64,000 nucleotides of DNA, from positions 4,288,001 through 4,352,000 of the forward strand of contig OY969763.1 in the NCBI GenBank assembly GCA_963702845.1, read 5' to 3'. Below, piece after piece: positions 37,048 to 49,239 of the stretch; within the stretch, counting starts at the first letter, position 1, and each line of letters opens with the position of its first letter. The notes under the pieces were generated by a model. That model worked only from the letters and a program-made list of their open reading frames with translations, was not told where the DNA came from and ran no database searches. The translations under genes and the position numbers were made by a program. The stretch comes from an uncultured Verrucomicrobiae bacterium (GTDB taxonomy: Bacteria > Verrucomicrobiota > Verrucomicrobiia > Limisphaerales > Palsa-1400).

Positions 37048-38259
37048 ATGAAAGACGTCCTGGCAATTTCAATTTTGATCGACGCCGCGGGTTGGGAAAT
37101 CGTGAAGGACACGCCGTTTCTCAAAAATATCGCGCCGCATCGTAAACGACTGGACTCAGTGTTCGGCTATAGCTCGGCGTGCATCCCGTCGATTGTGTCG
37201 GGTCGCTGGCCGGAGTCACATCGCAACTGGTGCTATTTCGTTTATGACCCGGTGAAATCGCCGTTTCGCTCGTTGAGCGGTTTTCGGTGGTTTCCACGCG
37301 CGTTGACGGGACGGCGTCGCGTTCGTCGGTTGCTGACCGCTATGGTTCGTCGACGGATTGGATTCGAAGGGTATTTCGACCTATATAATATTCCGTTCGA
37401 CCAGATTCATCTCTACGACTTCAGCGAAAAGAAGAGTCCGTTGCGCCCGGGTGGAATGAATTGCGGGCCGAATATTTTTGACCATTTTAAAGCTAAGAAG
37501 CTGAATTATTACGCTAGCGATCCGGACAAGGACGAGGCGGCGAATTATGCGGACTTGTTGAAGGTGATCGACCAGGGCGAGATCGATTTTGCGTTTTCGT
37601 ATTGGCCGAAGCTCGATGGGTTGTTGCACATGGTCGGGAATAAATCACCAAAGGTGCCGGAGAAACTGGAAGCGTATCAGAAGTGGATCAATAACGTCGT
37701 TTCCATGGCACGTCGTAGTTACAAGGAAGTCTGGCTCGATGTGTTCAGCGATCATGGTATGGCGAATTGCGATGAGTTGCTGGATCTGAAGTCCAAAATC
37801 GAATCGCTCAGTGTTCGCGCACCGAATGATTTCGCGGTCGTCTACGATTCGACGATGGCCCGGTTTTGGTTCTTCAACGATCGCTCCCGACAGCAGGTAA
37901 TCGATTGCCTCAAGCAAATCCCGCAAGGGCGCATCTTGCCGGATGAGGAACTTAAGGAGCTTGGCACATATTTTCCAGACCACGCGTTTGGCGAAGTGAT
38001 TTTCCTGGTCAATGAAGGCGTGCTGATTGTGCCCAGTCACATGGGCGAGCGCCCGATCCGCGCAATGCACGGATATCATCCGTCCGACAAGCACAGCTTT
38101 GCGACGATTTGTTCGACGCAGGAAATTCCACGGGAGCTGACGGCGATCCCACATATTTGCGGATTGATGAAGGAGCGAGCGCATCAGGCGCAGTCGCTCA
38201 ATGAAGGAGAAAAAAGCACGGGTCGCCCCGACACGTTGGTCGAGGCTTTGGCAAAATGA
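37048..38259 (+). CDS. Alkaline-phosphatase-superfamily phosphodiesterase/nucleotide pyrophosphatase
   Basis: LIDAAG, YSS..IPSI.SG, LD..LH, SDHG and MHGY motifs. Confidence 0.85.
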   Translation: MKDVLAISILIDAAGWEIVKDTPFLKNIAPHRKRLDSVFGYSSACIPSIVSGRWPESHRNWCYFVYDPVKSPFRSLSGFRWFPRALTGRRRVRRLLTAMVRRRIGFEGYFDLYNIPFDQIHLYDFSEKKSPLRPGGMNCGPNIFDHFKAKKLNYYASDPDKDEAANYADLLKVIDQGEIDFAFSYWPKLDGLLHMVGNKSPKVPEKLEAYQKWINNVVSMARRSYKEVWLDVFSDHGMANCDELLDLKSKIESLSVRAPNDFAVVYDSTMARFWFFNDRSRQQVIDCLKQIPQGRILPDEELKELGTYFPDHAFGEVIFLVNEGVLIVPSHMGERPIRAMHGYHPSDKHSFATICSTQEIPRELTAIPHICGLMKERAHQAQSLNEGEKSTGRPDTLVEALAK

Positions 38260-40993
38260 GAGAGTCACATGTTACGAGTGAGTTGAGTCCGGAAACGGAA
38301 CGCTGGCAGGAGAATGAGGTCACGGAGTGCGTCGCGCTTCAACGGTTCGTTGAAGACCAGGCCGAACGCATTCCACACGCGATGGCGGTGATCGATTCGC
38401 GCAATGGAGGCGGTTCGTTGACGTATAGCGAGTTGAACAAGCAAGCCAACCAGCTTGCGAGTTACTTGCAGTTATGCGGCGCGGGGGCGGACGAATTGGT
38501 CGGAATCTGCATGGAGCGTTCGATCGCGATGGTCGTGGCGGTGGTGGCGGTGATCAAGGCCGGCGCGGCTTACGTGCCATTTGACCCGGCGTATCCAGCC
38601 TTGCGTCTCGAGTTCATGCTCGAAGACACGCGGGCTCCGATCATTCTCACGTCGGAAAAGCTACAAAACAAACTGCCGAACGAGAAAACTAAAATCATCA
38701 GTGTTGATGCCGATGCGTCATTGATCGCATGTCAACCGTCCGACAATCCGCCGATCAGTTCGACCGGAGAAAATCTCGGTTACGTTATTTATACATCCGG
38801 TTCGACAGGCAGACCGAAAGGCGTCGCGATGCGGCAAGGGGCATTGGTCAACCTGATGCAATGGCAGTTGGAGAATTTCAGCTTCAGTGAACCTGCGCGC
38901 ACGTTGCAATTTGCTTCGCTGAATTTCGACGTGTCGTTTCAGGAAATTTTTTCGACGTTTTCGTCTGGCGGGACGCTCGTGTTGATTGACGACGTGCTGC
39001 GTCGCGATGCGCGCGGTTTGTTGCAACACATCGTGAGCAACAAGGTGCAGCGGATCTTTTTGCCATTTGTTGCGCTCAAGCACCTAGCCGAAGCGTCGGA
39101 ATACATGAACGTGACGCCGACCGATTTGCGTGAGGTGATCACAGCGGGTGAGCAACTGCAGATCACACCAGCATTAGTTTCATTTTTCGAACGACTGCCC
39201 AACTGCACTTTGGAAAACCAGTACGGGCCATCCGAATCGCACGTGGTAACGGCGTATCGATTGCAAGGTCCGCCGCGCGAATGGCCGCGATTGCCGCCGA
39301 TTGGTAAAGCGATCGCAAATTCGAAATGTCTCCTGCTGGACGAACAAAAACGCATGGTGCCAGATGGCGACGCTGGCGAGTTGTATTTGGGTGGCGATTG
39401 CCTCGCTCGCGGTTACTTGTATCGCCAGGATTTAACGGCGGCGAAATTTGTTGATGATCCATTTGGCCCGGCGGGATCGCGCCTTTACAAAACAGGCGAC
39501 ATCGCACGGCTGTTGCCGGATGGAAATATCCAGTTTCTGGGACGGATCGATCACCAGGTCAAAGTTGGCGGGTTTCGGATTGAGCTGGGCGAAATTGAAT
39601 CTGTTCTCCACCAGCATCCGGCCATCAAGGAGACTGCAGTTATCGCACGCGCTGTCGAGGGTGGTGATAATCAACTGATCGGATACATCGTTCCGCATCC
39701 AGACCAGAACGTTGGTGCGGCGGACCTGCGGCAATTCCTTAAGGCCAAGCTACCCATTTATATGGTGCCGGCGCGGTTCGTGCGATTGGACGCGTTGCCG
39801 TTGAATCCGAACGGCAAAGTGGATCGCAAAGCATTGCCGGAAGGCGAGGCGATGGCTGAGGAGATCGTGGTGGAGTTTAAGCCGCCGCAAACGCCGCTGC
39901 AGATGCAATTGCAATTGGTGTTCGAGCGCTTTCTCAAGAAACGACCGATCGGCATCGACGCGAGTTTCTTCGAATTGGGCGGCGACTCGTTGCAGGCGTT
40001 GAACCTGATCATCGAGTTAGAGCGCGTTACCGGAAGAACGTTGCCGCTGGGAATCCTTTACGAAGCTCCAACGATCGAAGCGCTTTCAAAATCGATGGAG
40101 CGCCACGCGGAAACGAAGTGGTCGTCGCTGGTCCCTTTGCAACCGCTGGGAAAACGCACGCCGTTGTTTTTTGTACACACCACTCCCGGTGATGTATTGG
40201 GATACGGAAGTCTGGTTTATCACCTCGGCACTGAGCAGCCATGTTACGGGTTCCAATCGCTCGGTTTTAATGACCCGAAACAAGTCGCATCAACATCTCG
40301 AGGAAATGGCAGCGATATTACGTGCGAGCTGTTGCGCGAATTCCAGCCAACGGGGCCATACTATTTAAGCGGCTGGTGTTACGGCGGGATTATTGCAGTT
40401 GAAATGGCGCACCAACTCCGCGCTGCCGGACAGGAAGTTGCTTTTCTTGGTCTGGTTGAAACACCCGCACCGCGACCGGAAAAAGATGTCGCGCGGTTTT
40501 ATCTTCGCCGCATCGACTGTTTGCTGAAGATGAACCCGATTCATTGGTTCAGATATTTGCGATCGAAGATCAAGTATTACAGCGGGGTTAAAGAGGCTAA
40601 TGAGCAACGTTTCCGCCGCGTGGAGAAAACGGATCCCAAACATGGGTCGGTTGAAGAAATGAATCGGCATCTCGAACGGCTGGAACTCGTGTATGGCGTC
40701 AATGATCGCGCGATGAAATTCTATCGATCGAAACGTTATCCCGGCAAAGTCACATTATTCAATGCCGCTCAACAAGATCCAGCGCTTATTCGTGATCCGA
40801 TCTATGGCTGGCGAGGATTAGCCGACAAAATCGAAACGTATGTAATCCCGGCGATCACGACACGATTCTGGCCGAGCCACAAGTGCGACAACTCGCGCAA
40901 AAAATGACCGAGTGCATCGCTCGCGCCGGCAAACGGAAACAGCAAACCTGCAAGCACGACGACCAGACGCATAAACATCAACACACCCCATGA
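38256..40993 (+). CDS. NRPS-like A-PCP-TE protein (apparent frameshifts in TE)
   Basis: YTSGSTGRPKG, YGPSE, YKTGD, NGKVDR, FFELGGDSL and GWCYG; GDHDTIL continues in another frame. Confidence 0.9.
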
Positions 40994-42567
40994 CGAACGA
41001 GGAAGTTCATAAAAACCTTTGGCGCAATTCGATTTCCAATTACGTGACAATGGCGTTTGAAGATCGTGTTCGGTTTGCTGATGTTCCGCATGCTGTTTCA
41101 GAATCTGAGCAAGGAAGAGTTCGGATTCTGGTCGTTGCTTTGGAGTGTTTTTGGATACGGAATTCTGCTGGATTTCGGTTTTGGTTTCACGGCTGAAAAA
41201 CGCGTAGCGGAATTTTCTGTGCACCAAGAATGGGAGAAACTCAGTCGTGTATTGAGCACAATTCTCTACACGTATGTGATGCTGGGTGCGGTCATTATTA
41301 TAGGCGTTCTTTGTTTTTCGGATCCGCTGGTGCGCGCGTTCCACATCACTGGCCAGAACCACGACACTTTTCGCGCCATGCTGATTATTTTCTTCATTGG
41401 CATGGGTATCACGTTTCCCTTGGGTATTTTTCCAGAAATTCTCATCGGCCAACAACGAATCGCACTCGTGAATGTCATTTTCGCCTGCTCGATAATCACG
41501 AACTATCTAGGTCTGCTTGCTGCCGTTCACTTTCACCTCGGCATGAAGACGATGTTGATGGTCGGTTTAACGTGCAGCGTTGGGCCTGCGGCAGCCTGCG
41601 GCGATTTTTGCTCTGCACCGCCTGCCACAAGTGAAGATTCGTCCAAAATATTTTTCGATTGGCATGATTCGCGAGACCACGCAGTTCTCGCTTTTCGCCT
41701 ACGTCATCACCGTCAGCAACATGCTCTTGGCAAAGAGCGATCAGCTCGTCATCGGCACTGCGCTAACGGTTTCGGCGATCGCCATATATCAGGCCGGAGC
41801 GAAAATCGCGGAAATGTTCGGCGTGTTCGCGCAACAACTGCCGAGCGTTTTCTCCCCGGTCGCCGCGCACATGCATGCCAAAGGTGATAAAGATTTTCTC
41901 CGCTCACTGCTGATCAATGGAACACGCGTCGCAGTCATGATCGCCACGCCGGCTTATTTGTATTTGCGCGTTTTACATGGAAGGCCTTGTTGCGCGTGCT
42001 GACCGGCTCCAAGACAGTGAATGTCGAAACCTTTTGGATCGGCCAAGTGCTGTTGCTTGTGGTGCTACATGTCGGTGGTTACGCAAAGCGTGACGCGACG
42101 GATTTTCGTGATGTGCGGACACGAGCGACGACTGATGTGGGTCACAGTTGCTGAAGCGGCGTTCAACCTTGGCGCTCAGCATCGGTCTGGTTCTCTACTA
42201 CAAAAACGTTTTCTGCGTTGCGCTCGGTTCGTTGATGTCCGGATTCATCATCGGTTGGTGCGTGCTGTGGCCGTGGGGCGCGCGCGAGGCGAAGATGACC
42301 GGCTGGCAATTCGCCAAAACCGTTCTTATTCCCATCTGGTTCGCGTGCTGCCGCTGCTCGCATTTCTATTCATGGGCCGTTATTTCGCATGGCTCGATTT
42401 CCGCAGCAGCATGTTGCGCTTTTTCACGGATATCGCCGATTGCCGGCCTTGTCGCCGCGTTTGGACTTTGGAAATACGCACTGAGCCAGCCGGAACGTGA
42501 GCTCGTTCTGATGCGGCTCGGCAAAGTGTTTGGAAGAGCATTCGTGATTAGAACTCCTGCGTTATGA
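40990..42567 (+). CDS. Wzx/MATE-like oligosaccharide flippase (frameshifted)
   Basis: LSKEEFGFW...LLDFGFG and D.LVIG...Y fragments across several frames. Confidence 0.8.
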
Positions 42568-43455
42568 CAGACCAGAAAGTCAGCATCATACTGCGTTCAT
42601 ACAACGAAGGCTGGGCACTGAAGGAAACTCTGCCCGCGCTAGCCGCACAAAATTATAGCAATTGGGAATTGATCGTTGTCGATTCTGGTTCAACCGACGG
42701 TTCGGTCGACATGATTCGCAAAGCCAATCCGGCGCACTTCGAACAAATCGCCGCACGCGATTACAATCCCAGCCGCGTGATGAATCGCGGCATGACTTTA
42801 TCGCAGTCGAACTATTGCCTGTTCCTCAACGCCGATGCCACGCCGCAAGGGCCGAACTGGATACGCGAGCTTTCCAAAGCGCTGCACGATCCGAAAGTGG
42901 CGGCGTGTTTCGGCCGACAAATTCCGCGTCCGGGTTGCCAAGCCGTTTTCGCATGTGATTACGACCGGTGCTTCGGACCGAACCGCGCGTCAAAAAATTG
43001 GCGACATTTTTTCAGCATGGTTAGCAGCGGGGTGCGGAAAGACATTTGGGAAAAGCGCGGTTTCCTGGAAAAACTCCAATACGCCGAAGATCACGAATAT
43101 ACGTGGTGGGCAAAGAGCCATGGCTACAAGGTCGTCTATGTAGCAGGACGCGGTGGTGATGCATTCGCACAACTACACGCCTGAGCAGACTTACAAACGC
43201 AGCTTCGGTGACGCACGCGCACTGGCTGCTTCATGGGATAAAAGCCCGCTCCGTTTCAATCCGGTGCAAACTATTCTTGGTTGGGCGAACGATACGCGGC
43301 GCGATTTTGCGTTTTGTTTGAAAACCAATCGGCTGGCCGAGTTACCGCATGCTGCCAAAATTCGCTGGCAACAGCGTCGAGGCATTCTGGACGGTTTCAA
43401 GGAAGGCTGGCGCCATTATCGGATTCTGCAAAATGAAAATCCTGGTCATAAATAA
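42564..43455 (+). CDS. Glycosyltransferase family 2 (frameshifted)
   Basis: VVDSGSTDG, NADA, AED, V.HSH. Confidence 0.85.
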
Positions 43456-44671
43456 TCTTTACCCGCCGCATTACGTTGGGGGCTACGAATTGCATTGCGA
43501 GCAAGTCACCGAAGGCTTACGCGCGCGAGGCCATGAAATCCAGGTGCTGACATCCGACTACACGAGCAACCGACCGGAGGCGCCGCAACCGCACGTGCAC
43601 CGCGCGCTGCGTATTCACGGCATGTTCGGAAATCCGTGGTTGCCGATTCATAAATTGGAACACCTGGAGAAACACAATAACCAACAGCTTCGGGTGTTGT
43701 TGAGATCGTTTAAGCCAGACCTGGTGTATGGCTGGAATTTTAGCGGCATGTCCAAATCGATGCTGTTCACGCTTCAGAATGTGGGCGTGCCGACGGTGTT
43801 TGCGATTTGCGACCACTGGCTGGCGCGTAGTCCAGAAAGTGACGTGTGGTTGCGTTGGTGGAATCGCAACTCGCAATCGACCAAAAATCGCGTTTTGCGC
43901 GCGGTCTGGACGGCGATCGGACACCGCCGACGAATTCAATCTATCGCGCCGACGAACCCTGTAGAACAGTTGCGATTTCCGCGATTGTATTTTTGCAGCA
44001 GCTCACTTCGCGATTTCACCGTCGCGGCGGGCGCCGACGTGAAACATGGCGCGGTTATCTATTGCCCGATTAATACGTCGCGATTTCAAAGTGCGCCGAA
44101 GTCTGCCGAAGCGCCGGTCCGTCGCCTTCTTTATGTCGGGCGGTTGCACGAGGACAAAGGCGTGATGACGGCGTTGCGCGCAATGTATGAGGTAAAACAA
44201 CAATTTGACGGCGCACTCAGCGTCTACGGCAGCGGCAGTCCTGATTACGAACGCAAGCTGCACGAGTTCGTTCGTCACCATGATTTGCCAGTGCAGTTTT
44301 TCAGCGCGCTGCCGCCATCAGCAATGCCGGCGGTGTATGCCGCGCATGACGCACTGCTTTTCACGTCGGAATGGCCGGAGCCATTCGCGTTGACGCCTCT
44401 CGAAGCGATGGCGAGCGGTTTGCCGGTGATTGGCACGACGACCGGCGGCAGCATCGAATTATTCCGCGACCATAAAAATTGTCTCACGTACAAAGCCGGC
44501 GATTTCGAGGATCTCGCCGAACGGATTTTGGAATTGGCTGGTGATCGTTCGATGCGCGTGAAACTCGCGACGCTCGGCCAGCAGGAAGTGCGCGCGCGTT
44601 ACGCCGAGCAGGTCATCATCGACCAGGTCGAACAATATATTAAACAGACGCTGCAAAAATCCCATGCTTGA
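43433..44671 (+). CDS. Glycosyltransferase family 4
   Basis: YPP..GG.E; EPFALTPLEAMASG. Confidence 0.9.
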   Translation: MKILVINNLYPPHYVGGYELHCEQVTEGLRARGHEIQVLTSDYTSNRPEAPQPHVHRALRIHGMFGNPWLPIHKLEHLEKHNNQQLRVLLRSFKPDLVYGWNFSGMSKSMLFTLQNVGVPTVFAICDHWLARSPESDVWLRWWNRNSQSTKNRVLRAVWTAIGHRRRIQSIAPTNPVEQLRFPRLYFCSSSLRDFTVAAGADVKHGAVIYCPINTSRFQSAPKSAEAPVRRLLYVGRLHEDKGVMTALRAMYEVKQQFDGALSVYGSGSPDYERKLHEFVRHHDLPVQFFSALPPSAMPAVYAAHDALLFTSEWPEPFALTPLEAMASGLPVIGTTTGGSIELFRDHKNCLTYKAGDFEDLAERILELAGDRSMRVKLATLGQQEVRARYAEQVIIDQVEQYIKQTLQKSHA

Positions 44672-45818
44672 GACAACGCGATTTACTTTAGACGGCAGCG
44701 ACGAGCTCGAAACGCATCTGGCACACTGTTGCGATCGGGTGCTGGCCGGCGTCTGTTCGGTTATCCCGACTTCTCGTCTCGAAGGTGTTCTCCTTGGCGG
44801 CGGTTACGGTCGCGGTGAAGGCGGGGTTTTGGAAACGGCCGACGGCGATCGTCCTTACAATGATCTCGAATTTTACGTGTTGATGCGCGGCTCAAGCTGG
44901 CTCAACGAACGAAAGTTCCGCCCTGCCCTTCACCATCTCGCCGAGAAGCTCATTCCTGAAGCCAGCATCGAGGTGGAATTCAAGATTATCTCGGTCCAAA
45001 AACTCGAGAGCAGCCGGATCACGATGCATTACTATGATCTGATCGCAGGCCATCGCCGGTTATGGGGCGGAAAAGATTTGTTGCGACGTTGTCGTCATCA
45101 TCGCGCGGCAAACACGTTGCCGTTGTCAGAAGCGACTCGCCTGCTGATGAATCGCTCGTCTGGTTTGCTGTTTTCTAATTCGTTGCTGGAACGGGAGAAT
45201 TTCAGTTCGGCTGATGCGGATTTTGTCGGGCGCAACCAGGCGAAAGCGCAGTTGGCATTTGGCGATGTGTTTTTAACGGCGCACGGCCTGTATCATGCCA
45301 GTTGCCGTGAACGGAACCGTCGATTGCGTGCGTTCACGCCGACTCAAAACATCCCGTGGTTCGAAAAAGTCCGGCGTTATCATAATTATGGAGTCGATTT
45401 CAAACTGCACCCGCGCACGACGACACCCGACCGCGACGCGTTGATGGCGTGCCAACACGAACTGGTTTCGATGGCTCTGCAATTGTGGCTTTGGTTGGAA
45501 GCGCGTCGATTACGTCAGCGATTCTCGTCGGCAGTGGAATACGCGCTTTGTCCAATTAACAAATGCCCTGAGACAACGTTTGCCCGCAACGCGCTAGTGA
45601 ACGCCACGACATTCGGCGCGCCGGCATTGTGGCAGGAGAAAAGGTTTCGCTATCCACGCGAGCGTTTGTTCAACGCATTATCACTGCTGCTTTGGGAACC
45701 GACCACGATGCGCGAACCTCAATTGCTCCATGATGTCCAGACTGCGTTGGTGACGCACGCGAAGGATTTCGGGCAGATCATCGGCGCTTACCAGGCGCTG
45801 TGGCAGCGATTCAGTTAA
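44664..45818 (+). CDS. Pol-beta-like nucleotidyltransferase-domain protein
   Basis: LGGGYGRGEG...NDLEFYV. Confidence 0.6.
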   Translation: MLETTRFTLDGSDELETHLAHCCDRVLAGVCSVIPTSRLEGVLLGGGYGRGEGGVLETADGDRPYNDLEFYVLMRGSSWLNERKFRPALHHLAEKLIPEASIEVEFKIISVQKLESSRITMHYYDLIAGHRRLWGGKDLLRRCRHHRAANTLPLSEATRLLMNRSSGLLFSNSLLERENFSSADADFVGRNQAKAQLAFGDVFLTAHGLYHASCRERNRRLRAFTPTQNIPWFEKVRRYHNYGVDFKLHPRTTTPDRDALMACQHELVSMALQLWLWLEARRLRQRFSSAVEYALCPINKCPETTFARNALVNATTFGAPALWQEKRFRYPRERLFNALSLLLWEPTTMREPQLLHDVQTALVTHAKDFGQIIGAYQALWQRFS

Positions 45819-45819
45819 C

Positions 45820-47022
45820 GTGAAGATACTCGTCGTCTATCCTTACATTCCGTATCCGCTGGACCGCGGCACGTATCAGCGCACGTTTAACCTGTTGCGC
45901 GAACTGGGGCGCGCGCACGCCATCACGCTTGTCGCGCTGGCTGAGAACGGCCAAGGGCTCGAGCACAAGCCGCTCTTTGAACAATTCTGCGAACGTGTTG
46001 AGTTCGTTCCGTTCGTTCATCCGCCGTGGCCGAAATTTTTTCCGGACCGCCTGCTCAATTCAGTCCCGGTTAGTATTCAACATTGGAAATCCGACGCGCT
46101 CGATCGAAAGATTGATGAACTCCTGGCCGAGCAGAAATTTGACGTCATTCACGCGTGCGATCTGGTGATGGGCCATTATTTCTTGAAAGGGGCTCGCGCG
46201 AAATTGCGATTGGTTGTCGATCGCAGCCGGGTCGATCTGCAATATCAATTAGCCGAACATTCGCACATGAAATTCCCGCTGCGCACGCGACTGATGCGTT
46301 ACGAAGGCTACGCGAAGATGTGGCGCTACGAACGCAAAATGGCGAAACGCGCGAAGCTGGAAATCGTTTGCGGCCCCGACGACGAGATTTTTTTGCGCAA
46401 ATGGGTCAACCAACGGATGGGCATTCAAGTGCTCGTCAACGGCGTAGACCTGGACTTTTTCTGCACCGACGAAGACGAAGTGTCGTGGGCTACAGAGCCA
46501 ACTATAATCTTCTGCGGTGCGATGGATTATAATCCGAACATTGATGCGTTGCGCTGGTATTTCAGCGAAATGCATGAATCGTTGCGTCGTCGAATTCCAG
46601 ACCTGCGCGTTCTGGTCGTGGGCAAAGATCCGGTCCCGGAGGTAAAAGCCTACAGCAGCAAGCCCAACGTGACCGTCACCGGCAGTGTGCGCGACGTGCG
46701 CCCATATTATCGGCGAGCGTGGATGCAAATCGTTCCACTCCGAATCGGCGGCGGGACGCGGCTCAAGATTGTTGAGTCACTGGCGATTCGAACACCTGTC
46801 ATCTCCACCACCGTTGGTGCGCAAGGTCTCGGCCTTCAACACGACCGCGACATTTTACTCGCCGATACCGCCGAAGATTTTGTTAGCCAAACGGCTCGCG
46901 CATTGCAGGACGCGAAGTTGCGCAAGCATCTGGAACTCGCCGGCCTGCAAACGGCGCGTGCGAATTTTTCGTGGAAGATGATTGGCGCGCAACTCGCAAA
47001 CATGTATTCGAACCTCCTCTAG
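45820..47022 (+). CDS. Glycosyltransferase family 4
   Basis: GAMDY.PN.DA; PLRIGGGTRLKIVE. Confidence 0.9.
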   Translation: MKILVVYPYIPYPLDRGTYQRTFNLLRELGRAHAITLVALAENGQGLEHKPLFEQFCERVEFVPFVHPPWPKFFPDRLLNSVPVSIQHWKSDALDRKIDELLAEQKFDVIHACDLVMGHYFLKGARAKLRLVVDRSRVDLQYQLAEHSHMKFPLRTRLMRYEGYAKMWRYERKMAKRAKLEIVCGPDDEIFLRKWVNQRMGIQVLVNGVDLDFFCTDEDEVSWATEPTIIFCGAMDYNPNIDALRWYFSEMHESLRRRIPDLRVLVVGKDPVPEVKAYSSKPNVTVTGSVRDVRPYYRRAWMQIVPLRIGGGTRLKIVESLAIRTPVISTTVGAQGLGLQHDRDILLADTAEDFVSQTARALQDAKLRKHLELAGLQTARANFSWKMIGAQLANMYSNLL

Positions 47023-47055
47023 TGGCTCTTGCCACCTCGGCTTAATTGTCCCAAC

Positions 47056-47550
47056 ATGGCGGAGATGGATTTCGGTCGCAAAATTCTTTCTGACGCAACT
47101 CTGCCTTCGTGGCGCGAAGGATTGCGAAAGGCCGGCAAAAAGCTAGTTGTGACGAATGGTTGTTTCGACATTTTGCATTTGGGCCACGTCACATACCTGC
47201 AGCACGCGAAAGATCAGGGCGATGCCTTGCTCGTCGGTGTGACCGGTGATGCCAACGTGCAAAAGCTTAAAGGTCCGAACCGCCCTATTAATAATGAGCA
47301 AGATCGCGCCGCGGTGTTGGCTGCCTTGGAATCTGTCGACGGCGTTCTCATTTTTCCCGAACTGGACGCGCGCAACTTTCTACAAAAGGTCCAGCCCGAT
47401 ATTTATGTCAAAGGCGGCGACTACACCATCGACACCATCAACCAGGACGAACGCCGGTTGCTGGAGAAATCAGGTGTGAAGATTGTTATCCTGCCAGTAG
47501 TGCCCGGAAAATCGACGACGGCGATTCTGGAAAAAATTTCAAAGCTCTAG
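47056..47550 (+). CDS. rfaE2: RfaE-II-type (heptose 1-phosphate) adenylyltransferase
   Basis: TNGCFDILHLGH, KGGDY, STT. Confidence 0.9.
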   Translation: MAEMDFGRKILSDATLPSWREGLRKAGKKLVVTNGCFDILHLGHVTYLQHAKDQGDALLVGVTGDANVQKLKGPNRPINNEQDRAAVLAALESVDGVLIFPELDARNFLQKVQPDIYVKGGDYTIDTINQDERRLLEKSGVKIVILPVVPGKSTTAILEKISKL

Positions 47551-47708
47551 TGCGTTAGCGGCGGTGCGTTTCGATTCAGCTTGAACAGGAGTCGCTTGCG
47601 CGCTCGTTTGGGCCTCCCGCGAATTCGAAGTCAACGGGGTGGTTCTTGCGCTGCACACCGTGAAAATTCGTTTGGTTTCGACCCGCAAATTGACGATTAT
47701 ATGTTCCA

Positions 47709-49130
47709 GTGGAGTTTCGGACTAAATTTTACAAACCCATGTTGTTGGCGCTGGCTGCGCTCCTGTTCGCAGGCGTGTTCCAGATTCAAAAAGCCATCAA
47801 CTCAGATCGTGAACGCCTTGGATTGACCAAAGTCGCGCCGCTCGAAAACGCGCCGCCCGTGCTTGCCTTTACCACCGTGGCTCTCGGCGGTTTTCGCGGC
47901 CTGATCGCAAACGCGCTCTGGATCCGCCTCAACGATTTGCAAGAGGACGAAAAATTCTTCGAAATGGTCCAACTCTCGGATTGGATTACCAAGCTCGAAC
48001 CGCACTTCGTTCAGGTCTGGATTATGCAGGGCTGGAACATGGCATATAATATCTCCGTTAAATTCAAACACCCCGAAGATCGCTGGCGCTGGGTGGAACG
48101 CGGCATCGCCATGCTTCGCGACGAAGGCCTGAAATATAATCCTGACGAAACACTGATCTATCGTGAACTCTCGTGGTTTTATCAGCACAAAATGGGTCAG
48201 AACCTGGACGACGCCCATCGTCTTTACAAAATCCGCTGGGCCGAGGAAATGCAACAGGTCCTGGGCGATAAGCCAAACTTCGCTGAACTAGCGAACCCAA
48301 CCACCGACGACACTCGTCGCCGCGCCAAAATTCTGCGAGAAAAATACAAACTCGACCCGGCCATCATGGAATATATCGATAAAGAGTACGGTCCGCTCGA
48401 ATGGCGCTTGCCCGACGCGCACGCGATTTATTGGGCCGAACTCGGCCGACGCAAAGCCAAGCCCAGCGATCAGGAAACCCTGCGCCGCTCGATTTATCAA
48501 ACCATGCAGCAGGCGTGCATCCGCGGTGCATTACCCAAATCGCCTACCGGTGAATTTATACTCGGGCCGAATCTCGATCTGGTTCCAAAGGTCAACGCCG
48601 CGTATGAGCGTATGATCGTCGAAGAACCCGCGATCAAAGACAATATGCGCACAGCGCACAGGAATTTCCTCCGAACCGCCATTTACCTACTCTATGCCGA
48701 TGGTCGTGAAAAGCAGGCGCAATATTGGTTCGACTACATGAAAAAGCAGTATCCGAACGCCGTGCCGCCCACAGTTGACCTTGCGGATTTCGCGCTGGCG
48801 GACATCACCGAGGAAGCCACGGACACAGACGTGAACAAAGTGACGGTAATTGTTGAAGGGCTGCTGCGTCAGAGCTTCATGCGCTTGATGAATGACGAAG
48901 ATGACAGCGCACAAAACCTGGAGCGACTGGCCAAAAGACTTTACGATCGTCATCAGGCCAAAACACCCGGAACAAAAGACCGCATCACGCTGCCGTCGTT
49001 CGCGAGCATGAAGAAAATTGTCTTGGACGAACTGCTGCAATTTCCCCAATACTCCCCGATCCTGCGGACGAAGCTGAACCTCCCCGCAGCATCAACTACG
49101 AACGCGCCCGCTGCGGTGCCCCGTCCTTAG
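47709..49130 (+). CDS. Conserved hypothetical helical-repeat protein of PVC type
   Basis: LGGFRG..AN.LW, WNMAYNIS motif; 473 aa. Confidence 0.75.
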   Translation: MEFRTKFYKPMLLALAALLFAGVFQIQKAINSDRERLGLTKVAPLENAPPVLAFTTVALGGFRGLIANALWIRLNDLQEDEKFFEMVQLSDWITKLEPHFVQVWIMQGWNMAYNISVKFKHPEDRWRWVERGIAMLRDEGLKYNPDETLIYRELSWFYQHKMGQNLDDAHRLYKIRWAEEMQQVLGDKPNFAELANPTTDDTRRRAKILREKYKLDPAIMEYIDKEYGPLEWRLPDAHAIYWAELGRRKAKPSDQETLRRSIYQTMQQACIRGALPKSPTGEFILGPNLDLVPKVNAAYERMIVEEPAIKDNMRTAHRNFLRTAIYLLYADGREKQAQYWFDYMKKQYPNAVPPTVDLADFALADITEEATDTDVNKVTVIVEGLLRQSFMRLMNDEDDSAQNLERLAKRLYDRHQAKTPGTKDRITLPSFASMKKIVLDELLQFPQYSPILRTKLNLPAASTTNAPAAVPRP

Positions 49131-49239
49131 CTCAGGGATTCCCGTAATTCCTGCTCGCAAATAGCCTTAAAAGTTTTTGCGAAATTTTGCTTCTCAATTA
49201 CAGTTGGGCGACTGGGAATCAACACAACGGTTGGAAACT

